Below are positions 7,837 to 15,107 of a DNA stretch of 15,189 nucleotides, piece after piece; positions within the stretch are counted from its first letter, which is position 1; each line of letters begins with the position of its first letter. Source of the DNA: an uncultured delta proteobacterium (GTDB lineage: Bacteria > Desulfobacterota > Binatia > UBA9968). The notes under the pieces are model-generated. The model made no database searches, had not been told where the DNA came from, and was given only the letters and a program-made list of their open reading frames with translations. Position numbers and translations under genes: made by a program. The stretch covers positions 1 to 15,189 of the forward strand of contig CAWJBB010000054.1 of NCBI GenBank assembly GCA_963840855.1, written 5' to 3'.

Positions 7837-8146
7837 TTAGACCTCCAGCATTCTTCTTTGAGCCACGTCGAGTTCTCGCCGTGGCGTGGCTTGACTCTTC
7901 TTCCTAAAAGCATGCAACAGAACAATACGGTTCCCCGGTCTGAAACAGGAAAGCATGCACTCTAAGTTCGTATAGACCGCTGCCCATGCTCTTCGTAAAT
8001 GGCTCTCTGAGTTGATTTCCGCGCTCTTGAAGATAGAAGAGCTTTGCTTTCACGACCGCGCGTTCGCTCTCACTGAGAGCTCCTATGAACTCTTCGAGCG
8101 GCCGCGAGCCCCGGCTGTCTTCGTATTGTTGCAACGTCCAGGGCAT
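7837..8146 (-). pseudogene. RelE/ParE-superfamily (Gp49/DUF891, HigB-like) toxin, frameshifted
   Basis: The first frame reads MPWTLQQYEDSRGSRPLEEFI...LREPFTKSMGSGLYELRV and then runs out of homology to TAG at 7906-7904. The +1 frame continues CFRPGNRIVLLHAFRKKSQATPRRELDVAQRRMLEV to TAA at 7839-7837, the classic Gp49-type C-terminus. Confidence 0.9.
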
Positions 8147-8151
8147 GCTGC

Positions 8152-8180
8152 ATAATCACAAATATGTGATGCGAAGTAAA
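8152..8180 (-). promoter_or_regulatory. Toxin-antitoxin promoter with palindromic operator, probably leaderless transcript
   Basis: Inverted repeat ATCACA-N4-TGTGAT (8155-8170) lies in the spacer and overlaps the -10 of TTTACT (8180-8175)-17 bp-GATTAT (8157-8152). The ATG is 5 nt further on, with no SD. Confidence 0.65.
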
Positions 8181-8356
8181 GGTGAGGTGAGCAAGCGGAA
8201 ATGGACCGGCCTGATTTTTTGTACTTAGAAACCGCTATGGCGCCACAAGAATGACCTTATCGGATCTGCCCTTTTATTCCTCGGACTGGCTGGCTATAAG
8301 AGAGCAACAAATTGCGGGAACCGAGCCCGCTCCGGCACGTCCATAGGAGGTCTGTG

Positions 8357-9412
8357 ATGGGAACGAAATACACCGGTTGGGCGTTTTTAGTCGCGTTCAT
8401 CGCTTGCTTAGTGGTTCTACCCTCTGCGGTATTTTCACAGAGCGATTTTTACCGGGGAAAGACCATCACGATTGTTCAGGGAAGAGACCCGGGTGGCACG
8501 GGAGACCTCCGGGTTAGAGCTATGAACCCTTTCCTGCAGAAATACATTCCAGGGAATCCCACCATTATTAACGAGTTCATGCCCGGCGGCGGCGGCCGCA
8601 AAGCGGCAAATCACGTCTATAGATCGGCGCGTCCCGACGGGCTCACGATCGGTAACGCCGGCGCGAGCCTGGTTTCGCTCGCCATACTTGGAGAGACGGG
8701 AATCCTGTACGATCTGGACAAGTTCTTTTATCTGGGTTCCCCCTACAGCGCTTATCATCCAATCTTTTTATCGCGCAAGCAGGCTGGTTGGGACACCATC
8801 GAAAAACTCCAAACCGCCGCGGGAATCAGGGTCGGAGGGCAATCCGTGGGTTTTTCCACGTACGTCGAAGGTCGCCTGTTCGCTTATGTTCTAGGTCTTA
8901 AAGACGCGAAATTCGTCACCGGCTACGGAGGCGCTGAGCTGGACCCGGCGCTGTTACGCGGTGAGATCGACGCCCGCGCGTCGGGAGCTGACGGCGTCGT
9001 TCGGAACGTAGACTGGCTGCAAGGAGGCGTGGTGAATTTTCATGCGATCATCGATATTCCGAAGGGGGAAAAGCACCCTCAGTTCAGCCACCTCCCTGAG
9101 CTCGAGAGCCTTGCCAGGTCGGAAAGTGCGCGCAAGGTAGTGATTCTCCAGCGCGCTTTCCGAGTTGGCGGCGCCCCTTCGTTCCTTCCTCCGGGAACGC
9201 CCAGCGACCGCATAAAAATACTCCAGGAAGCATTTCGCAAGACATATCTGGATCCAGGTTTCCAAAAGGAATACAAAAAGATCGTCGGAAATGATCCGTC
9301 ACCGCTTCTGCCCGAACACCATGAAAAAATAATCAAAGAAATTCCGCGCGAACCGGAGGTAATCGAGCTGTTCAAAAAGATCGCGGGTGGCGATCCCCTC
9401 CCGCCCCGCTGA
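8357..9412 (+). CDS. tctC: Orphan Bug/TctC-family substrate-binding protein
   Basis: Signal peptide ending VFS|Q, 'FYRGKTITIVQGRDPGGTGD', 'KYIPGNP', 'MPGGGG', 'RPDGLTIG', 'GYGGAELDPALLRGEIDAR', 'PPGTPSDR'. Start at ATG 8357 after AGGAGG (8345-8350). No adjacent tctAB. Confidence 0.9.
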   Translation: MGTKYTGWAFLVAFIACLVVLPSAVFSQSDFYRGKTITIVQGRDPGGTGDLRVRAMNPFLQKYIPGNPTIINEFMPGGGGRKAANHVYRSARPDGLTIGNAGASLVSLAILGETGILYDLDKFFYLGSPYSAYHPIFLSRKQAGWDTIEKLQTAAGIRVGGQSVGFSTYVEGRLFAYVLGLKDAKFVTGYGGAELDPALLRGEIDARASGADGVVRNVDWLQGGVVNFHAIIDIPKGEKHPQFSHLPELESLARSESARKVVILQRAFRVGGAPSFLPPGTPSDRIKILQEAFRKTYLDPGFQKEYKKIVGNDPSPLLPEHHEKIIKEIPREPEVIELFKKIAGGDPLPPR

Positions 9413-9497
9413 TGGTAGGTCTGTGAAAGGCGATCGTATAGGGGAGGAAAAGAGGACTTAGCCGGATCGAGCCTCGAGTTCTGATACTTATCAATGC

Positions 9498-9509
9498 AGG
9501 GGCGACCGG
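9498..9509 (+). repeat. Partial REP-like sequence AGGGGCGACCGG
   Basis: Exact reverse complement of 10594-10605. Context GCAGGGGCGACCGGAAGGTC resembles a GTAG-type REP with the right arm lost. Confidence 0.5.
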
Positions 9510-9550
9510 AAGGTCCTAAAGTATCCCTAGGGCTGAGAATTCGAACCGTA

Positions 9551-10468
9551 TTATTCCTGCAGATGCCGCGGCACTTCGGCGCGATTGGCGCGAAGTCGCA
9601 GATCGCTCATTTTGTTTTGCAGGACTCTGAGATAATTCTCGTGCTCTTTGATTTCATCCGAGATTGGCCGCAAAGGGTTAACGTTGCCGCTGTAGGAGCC
9701 TTGCCAGTTTGGCTGCTCCGGGTTGACGCCGAGGGTCCTAAGATGGTCCTTGTTTTGTCTGATACGCTGTTCGTAGCCGCGCTTGAGTCGGTTGTAAAGC
9801 CGGAATTTTTCTTGCCACCATGTGGCTGGGTAACCGCCGTAGGGAGCCTCCCCAGGCTGTAGCACCATGTGGTCGCGGCTGTAGTCAATACCCAGTTGAA
9901 ATCGACTTAGAAAATCCGTTCCAAGGAGAGCGGTCCCTCCTAGGCCGTCGTCGATAACAACGATGTCGAGATTTTTTGCCTCCGCATCACCGACTTTCAA
10001 ACTGTGGACTTCGATCAGCCTTCCGTCAATGACCCCACCAACGCCGCGAATTTCGATCAACAGGCTTTGCTTCGGATCAAACGCCAAGCGAGCAGCCACC
10101 CGCGCCGGTATAATAGTCATGCTTGCTCCGGTGTCGACAATGAATCGAACGTAGTTCTGATTATTGATGTTGCCGTCCACGAGCAGACGCCCGTCTTCCC
10201 GCGCAAAGGGAATGGTGAACTTCGGCGGATAAGGAACCCTAGTTTGCTCGGCTTGAGAAACCGGCAAAGGGAAAGTGGGCTCATGGGAAGGCGTTACTTG
10301 GCGCTTTCGACTCTCGTTGGGGTAGCGCCTGGGAACGGAATTCGGATTGTCGGCGAAGTGGATGGTGCCATTATCGTCAAACCAGCGGAAAATCTCATCT
10401 GCCGATGCCGCATTGATTAGCCAGCAAAATATTACCAGTACAAAGCTCGAAAAAAGTTTTACCGCCAT
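9551..10468 (-). CDS. Exported retropepsin-like (clan AA) aspartyl protease with N-terminal DUF4124 domain and C-terminal coiled coil
   Basis: Signal peptide (ASA|DE), 'IFRWFDDNGTIHFADNP' (DUF4124), 'FIVDTGAS' catalytic motif, 'LLGTDFLSRF', then 'YGGYPATWWQEKF' and helical heptad segments. GGGAGG RBS. Confidence 0.88.
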   Translation of the reverse strand: MAVKLFSSFVLVIFCWLINAASADEIFRWFDDNGTIHFADNPNSVPRRYPNESRKRQVTPSHEPTFPLPVSQAEQTRVPYPPKFTIPFAREDGRLLVDGNINNQNYVRFIVDTGASMTIIPARVAARLAFDPKQSLLIEIRGVGGVIDGRLIEVHSLKVGDAEAKNLDIVVIDDGLGGTALLGTDFLSRFQLGIDYSRDHMVLQPGEAPYGGYPATWWQEKFRLYNRLKRGYEQRIRQNKDHLRTLGVNPEQPNWQGSYSGNVNPLRPISDEIKEHENYLRVLQNKMSDLRLRANRAEVPRHLQE

Positions 10469-10582
10469 GGCTAGAGTCCTCCCGGAGTGAATTTCAGAGT
10501 TGCGTAGCTCTAGTAATTTCGAAAGGTTTTATGTGCGATTAGAGTCTTTTGGCGTTTTCTCCTATCATCGAATATCGGCGAC

Positions 10583-10605
10583 GGGGCGGCCAGCCGGTCG
10601 CCCCT
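10583..10605. repeat. REP-like GC-rich hairpin downstream of the molybdoenzyme operon
   Basis: GGGGCGGCC-AGCC-GGTCGCCCC: 9-bp stem, 4-nt loop, no U-tract on the transcribed strand. Confidence 0.6.
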
Positions 10606-10618
10606 TGGGATCTATTCG

Positions 10619-12907
10619 TTACGCTTTCCCCGCCTCCTTCAAGGCGCGCAGCACGTTCTCCGGACTGAGCGGCAACGTTCTGATCCGCACTCCGGTGGCG
10701 TTGTAGATCGCGTTGGCGATGGCGGCCATGGGCGGGACGCAGGCGATTTCACCGGCGCCTTTGGCGCCGTAGGGGCCCGCGCCGGGGTAGCCGTGGACCA
10801 AGGTCGTTTCGATGCGCGGCATCATGTTGATGGTCGGCATCAGGTAATCGACAAAGGACGGGTTCATGGTTTTGCCGTCGTTATCGAAAACCACTTGCTC
10901 GCAGAGGGCCTGGCCGATGCTCATCGCCGTGGCGCCTTCGATCTGGCCTTCGGCGGCGGCGCGATGAATGGGTTGGCCGATATCGTGGACGGCGACGTAT
11001 TTCAGGATTTTCACGTTTCCTGTGTCCGGGCTGACTTCGACGATGCACGCATGAGTCGTGAAAGGCTGCGAGCTGCCGTGGGCCTTTTCTTCAGCCACCA
11101 ATTGCAGGTTGTCGCAGTAACCACGGCCGATCACTTCGCCGATGACGTTGTGCGCGTCGGTGGCGACAGCGGCGAGAGACGCGCTCTTCGCCGGTGTGCC
11201 TTTGACGCGGATCTGCTTGTCGACGATCTCCAAATCGTCTGGGCTCGCTTCCAGTTTGCCGGCGGCCAATTTCAAAAGCTGATTGCGCGCGTCGATGGCT
11301 GCGAGTCGAGATGCGGTGCCGGAAACCAGGATGCCCCGGCTGCCGACCGTGCCTGCGTCCCAGGGACTGGCGTCGGTGTCGACGTTGACCACGGTGACAT
11401 CGCTCACTGGTACGCCAAGCTCTTCGGCGACAATCATTGGAATACCGAAACCGGGGATGGTGCCCATGTCGATCTTGCCTATATGCACTGTCACCGAGCC
11501 GTCTTCATTCACTTTGACTATCGAGCCGCCGCCGGGGCCGGCGCTTTCGATCCATGAACCGGTGGCGATACCGATGCCCTGATTCTTTTCCAGCTTTACT
11601 TTACCCCAGCCAATCTTCTCCTTGGCGATGCGGATCGTTTCACCCAAAGAAACATCGCGCAGCTTGGGTACGCCGACGATTTTGTCGCCCGCCTTAGGAA
11701 TGTTCTTAAGGCGGAATTCCGTCGGATCCATGCCGAGCTTGGCGGCGATGGAGTCCATATGTGATTCGACGGCAAATGCCGCCTGCGGGCCGCCGGGGCC
11801 GCGCACCGGGCCGCAGACCTGTTTGTTGGTGTAGATGGTGTAGCCGTCGATGTGGCAGTTGGGCATCAAGTACCAGCCGCCAAGCATGTTGGTGCAGCGG
11901 CCGCCGGCCTGCACGCCGAAGCCCGAGTAGCCGCCGGCGTCGTAAAATACTTTCCCGGTGCGGGCGACGATGGTGCCGTCTTTTTTCACACCGGTCTTGA
12001 TATACATTTTCGCGCCGGCACGGATGGTCGTCGAGATGGTTTCCTCGGCCTTGTCGAGCACGATCATCACCGGCCGCTTGGCCTTGATCGCCAACAGGCC
12101 GCAGATCGGCTCGATGGCGGCGCCGGAGGTGATGCCGCTGCCCTTGCCGCCGAAACCGCCGCCCAGGCCGGCGGAGATCACGCGCACGTTGTTGAGCGGC
12201 AGGCCGAGCGTCTTTGCCACCTCCTGGCGCACCGGGAAGGGCGCCTGAGCATTGGCCCAAACGGTGAGACGGCCGTTGGGCTCCATCTGCGCCGCAGCGA
12301 TGCGCGGCTCCAGATACTGGGGGTGAATCATCTTGGTTGTGTAGACTTCGTCGACCACGATATCCGCTTCGGCCATTGCTTTTTCGGCATCGCCGACATG
12401 AACGACGGCGTGGCCGCAAATATTTTTAAGGCCAGCGTCCACGGGAATAGTTTTTGGCAGCGGCATGTCCTCGTGCAAGATCGGCGCATCCGGCTTGATC
12501 GCTTCTTCGGCATCGAGCGCCACCGGCAGCGGTTCGTAGACGACCTTGATTTTTTTGAGCGCCTGCCTGGCGATGGCCGGCGATTCCGCGGCGACGGCCG
12601 CGACCGGGTCGCCCATGAAGCGCACTTTGCCGCGCGCGAGAATATGGCGGTCGATATAACTCCGGCCGTAACGGACGTTCGGAGCGTCGGCAGCGGTCAC
12701 CACGGCGTGGACGCCGGGGACTTTCTTTGCCTCGCTGGTGTCGATGCTGACGATCTTCGCGTGAGCGTATTGGCTGCGCAGGATCGCGCCATGCAATTGG
12801 TCTTTGAGCATCAAGTCGATGCCGTAAACGCCTTTGCCGACGACGCGCTCGACGCCGCCCATGCGCGCCGGGCTCGAACCGATGATTTTGAGCTCCGCTT
12901 TGACCAT
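10619..12907 (-). CDS. Xanthine dehydrogenase/CO dehydrogenase-family molybdopterin-binding large subunit (substrate unknown)
   Basis: 762 aa. 'LRSQYAHAKIVSID', 'VRFMGDPVAAVAA', 'YLEPR', 'LGGGFGGKG', 'PVRGPGGPQ', 'GTVGSRG', 'GQIEG', 'SFVDYLMP', 'PYGAKGAGE' (catalytic Glu). Confidence 0.95.
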   Translation of the reverse strand: MVKAELKIIGSSPARMGGVERVVGKGVYGIDLMLKDQLHGAILRSQYAHAKIVSIDTSEAKKVPGVHAVVTAADAPNVRYGRSYIDRHILARGKVRFMGDPVAAVAAESPAIARQALKKIKVVYEPLPVALDAEEAIKPDAPILHEDMPLPKTIPVDAGLKNICGHAVVHVGDAEKAMAEADIVVDEVYTTKMIHPQYLEPRIAAAQMEPNGRLTVWANAQAPFPVRQEVAKTLGLPLNNVRVISAGLGGGFGGKGSGITSGAAIEPICGLLAIKAKRPVMIVLDKAEETISTTIRAGAKMYIKTGVKKDGTIVARTGKVFYDAGGYSGFGVQAGGRCTNMLGGWYLMPNCHIDGYTIYTNKQVCGPVRGPGGPQAAFAVESHMDSIAAKLGMDPTEFRLKNIPKAGDKIVGVPKLRDVSLGETIRIAKEKIGWGKVKLEKNQGIGIATGSWIESAGPGGGSIVKVNEDGSVTVHIGKIDMGTIPGFGIPMIVAEELGVPVSDVTVVNVDTDASPWDAGTVGSRGILVSGTASRLAAIDARNQLLKLAAGKLEASPDDLEIVDKQIRVKGTPAKSASLAAVATDAHNVIGEVIGRGYCDNLQLVAEEKAHGSSQPFTTHACIVEVSPDTGNVKILKYVAVHDIGQPIHRAAAEGQIEGATAMSIGQALCEQVVFDNDGKTMNPSFVDYLMPTINMMPRIETTLVHGYPGAGPYGAKGAGEIACVPPMAAIANAIYNATGVRIRTLPLSPENVLRALKEAGKA

Positions 12908-12910
12908 GAC

Positions 12911-13387
12911 TTACGCCCTCCCTGCGATGCGATCGGCGGCGAGATGGATCGCGTCGACGATCTTGTTGTAACCTGTGCAGCGGCAAATGTTGCCCGAGAC
13001 CGCTTCTTCGATGTCTTCCGCCGTCGGCTTCGTCGTTCGGTCGAGCAGCGCCTTCACCGAGATGATGTAGCCGGGCGTGCAGTAGCCGCACTGCACTGCG
13101 CCGGTGTCGATGAAAGCTTGCTGCACCGGGTGAAGCTTATCGTCATCGGCCAAGCCCTCGATAGTCGTAATCTCAGCGCCATTGGCGTCGGCGGCCAGTG
13201 TCACGCAGGAGTTGATTGGCTTGCTGTTATAAATGATCGAGCAGGCGCCGCACTCGCCGGTGTTGCAGCAGAGCTTGCTGCCTTTCATTTCCAAGGTGTC
13301 GCGGAGAAATTCCAGCAGCGAAGTCGACGCTTCAGCGCTGGCGCTGACGGACCGGCCGTTAATTTTCGTATTGATCGTAACGCTCAT
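12911..13387 (-). CDS. 2x[2Fe-2S] small subunit (CoxS/CutS family)
   Basis: CxxGxCGAC...C and QCGYCTPG...GNICRCTGY motifs. TAATG overlap with the upstream gene. Confidence 0.96.
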   Translation of the reverse strand: MSVTINTKINGRSVSASAEASTSLLEFLRDTLEMKGSKLCCNTGECGACSIIYNSKPINSCVTLAADANGAEITTIEGLADDDKLHPVQQAFIDTGAVQCGYCTPGYIISVKALLDRTTKPTAEDIEEAVSGNICRCTGYNKIVDAIHLAADRIAGRA

Positions 13388-14256
13388 TACGCTACCTCCT
13401 TACCGGTGGCGGCTTTCCAGGTTTGTTGCAGTCCGCGGCGGGTCAAAGCTTCGACGATCCAGCGGCGATTTTCCGCGCTGCTTCTTTGATCGCTGATGGG
13501 GCTCGATTCCGAAGCGGCCATGGCCGCGGCTTCTTTGAGGAGCGCGCCGGAGAGGGATTTGCCGCGCAGCAACGCTTCAGTCTTGGTCGCGCGCCGCGGC
13601 GTCGGCGCCACCGCGCCCAACCCGATGCGCACGTCTTGCAAACTGTTCTTCGAGGCGTCCGGCGTGATTAACACAGCGACGCCGACCATGGCGATATCCA
13701 TGGCACCGCGCACCGCGTGCTTCAAATAGACCCCGCGACTGCCGGCGGCGGGATAGGGCACTTCGATCTCCGTTAATAGACCTTTCGATCCGACGCTGCA
13801 TTTTCCCGGTCCCTGGAAAAACGCAGTGAACGGCTCGGTCTTTTCCCCGTCGGCGAAAGCGAGCTTGGCCTTGGCTTCAAGCACAAGCAGCGGCGTCAAA
13901 GTTTCGCCCGAGGGCGAAGCGCGGCAGATGTTGCCGCCGATCGTGGCTGTATTGCGGATCTGCAGCGAGGCGAACTGGTGCGACGACTCCCATAGCACCG
14001 GCAGCTTGTCGCGCACGACGGCGCTGGTTTCGACATCGCGGATCGTCGCGAGCGCGCCGATGCGCAGGCTGCCGCCGTTCTCCCGGATGCCGTCTAGGCC
14101 GGGGATTTTTTTAATGTTCACCAGGCAGCCCGGTTCCTCCTTGTATTTGATATCCACCATCACGTCGGTGCCGCCGGCGATAATTTTGGCTTCAGCGCCA
14201 TGCTTGGCCAATAGCGACAAGGCGTCACTGATTGTTTTGGGTTCGAAGTATTCCAT
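13387..14256 (-). CDS. FAD-binding medium subunit (CoxM/CutM family)
   Basis: 'IAGGTD', 'LRIGALAT', 'QIRNTATIGGN', 'GAVAPTP', 'PISDQRSSAENR'. No [4Fe-4S] insertion. Start moved to ATG 14256 (MEYFEPKT) after GGGAGAG (289 aa). Confidence 0.95.
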   Translation of the reverse strand: MEYFEPKTISDALSLLAKHGAEAKIIAGGTDVMVDIKYKEEPGCLVNIKKIPGLDGIRENGGSLRIGALATIRDVETSAVVRDKLPVLWESSHQFASLQIRNTATIGGNICRASPSGETLTPLLVLEAKAKLAFADGEKTEPFTAFFQGPGKCSVGSKGLLTEIEVPYPAAGSRGVYLKHAVRGAMDIAMVGVAVLITPDASKNSLQDVRIGLGAVAPTPRRATKTEALLRGKSLSGALLKEAAAMAASESSPISDQRSSAENRRWIVEALTRRGLQQTWKAATGKEVA

Positions 14257-14282
14257 AGTTTTCTCTCCCGCAGAGGTGTTTT

Positions 14283-14311
14283 GTATTACGACCGTCATAG
14301 CCCAAGTGCAA
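14283..14311 (-). promoter_or_regulatory. Putative sigma70 promoter of the M-S-L operon
   Basis: Minus strand: TTGCAC (14311-14306), 17 bp, TAATAC (14288-14283). Confidence 0.45.
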
Positions 14312-14374
14312 GTTCGATGACAAGGGGGTGATGGAAGAATTAAAGACGCGGGTTAGGACGACGAACTCCGCGGT

Positions 14375-14431
14375 TTGGCATCGGTTGGCCACCGTGCTAT
14401 GGTGCTTCACTATGACGCACTCATGATGCAC
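14375..14431 (+). promoter_or_regulatory. vapBC promoter and operator
   Basis: TTGGCA (14375-14380), 17 bp, TG-n-TATGGT (14398-14403). Operator half-sites GTGCTTCA (14402), TGACGCAC (14413) and TGATGCAC (14424), spaced 11 bp apart and overlapping the -10 and start site. Confidence 0.7.
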
Positions 14432-14445
14432 AATCGGAGTAAGTT

Positions 14446-14709
14446 ATGAAAGCGATAACTTTGAGAAATTTGCCCCCTGAGTTGGAAAAGACCGTACGTA
14501 AAGAGGCCGAACGCAAGCGCACCAGTATCAATAAAGCAGTCATCAGCTTGCTAGAACGGAAAGTCGAAGGACGCAAGAAAACTAAAAACAAGACACGCGA
14601 ACACGACGATCTCGATGCTCTGGCAGGGTCGTGGACGAAGAAGGAGGCCGCCGAATTTGATCATACATTGGCGGCTCAACGGAGCATCGACCCGGAGTTG
14701 TGGAAATAG
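14446..14709 (+). CDS. vapB: Ribbon-helix-helix (Arc/FitA-like) antitoxin
   Basis: 'MKAITLRNLPPELEKTVRKEAERKRTSINKAVISLL' RHH pattern, C-terminal 'DLDALAGSW...IDPELWK'. GGAG RBS; the stop overlaps the toxin start (TAGTG). Confidence 0.88.
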   Translation: MKAITLRNLPPELEKTVRKEAERKRTSINKAVISLLERKVEGRKKTKNKTREHDDLDALAGSWTKKEAAEFDHTLAAQRSIDPELWK

Positions 14710-15107
14710 TGCGTTTGCTGTTGGATACGTCAGCGTATTCGGCATTCATGAGGGGCCATGAAGACATCCGAATTGCCGTCCGATCGAACGAGGAGATTTT
14801 TCTCACTTCCATCGTTATCGGCGAGCTAACAGCGGGGTTCATAAAAGGAAATCGGCGAAAAAAGAATGAAGATGAGCTGCGCCGGTTCCTTGCATCTCCG
14901 CGCGTGGGGCTTGTGGATGTCACTGAAGAAACGGCAGAAAGATACGCGGTCATTCTCAATTCACTGTGGCAGGCCGGAACCCCGATACCAACCAATAATA
15001 TCTGGATTGCGGCTAGCGCCATGGAATATGGCTTGCGCGTTGTCACGACCGATGATCACTATCAGAAAATTCCACAGATCATGGTCGACTATTTCGCCGT
15101 CGGATAG
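14709..15107 (+). CDS. vapC: PIN-domain toxin VapC with Asp-to-Asn change at a conserved catalytic position
   Basis: 'LLLDTSAYS', 'SIVIGEL', 'GTPIPTNNIWIAASA', 'VVTTDDHY'. Start set at GTG 14709 (132 aa) after GGAG. Confidence 0.92.
   Translation: MRLLLDTSAYSAFMRGHEDIRIAVRSNEEIFLTSIVIGELTAGFIKGNRRKKNEDELRRFLASPRVGLVDVTEETAERYAVILNSLWQAGTPIPTNNIWIAASAMEYGLRVVTTDDHYQKIPQIMVDYFAVG

Noticed and set aside
10619-12907. Annotation as aerobic CO dehydrogenase CoxL or 4-hydroxybenzoyl-CoA reductase
   Set aside because: Lacks AYxCSFR and AYRGAGR; the medium subunit lacks the [4Fe-4S] insert; no cox accessory genes.
11852-13489. 545-aa plus-strand ORF (also 10793-11557, 6348-7058, 4864-5358)
   Set aside because: Antisense shadows of well-supported genes; high-GC codon bias suppresses stops on the opposite strand and no domain motifs are recognisable.
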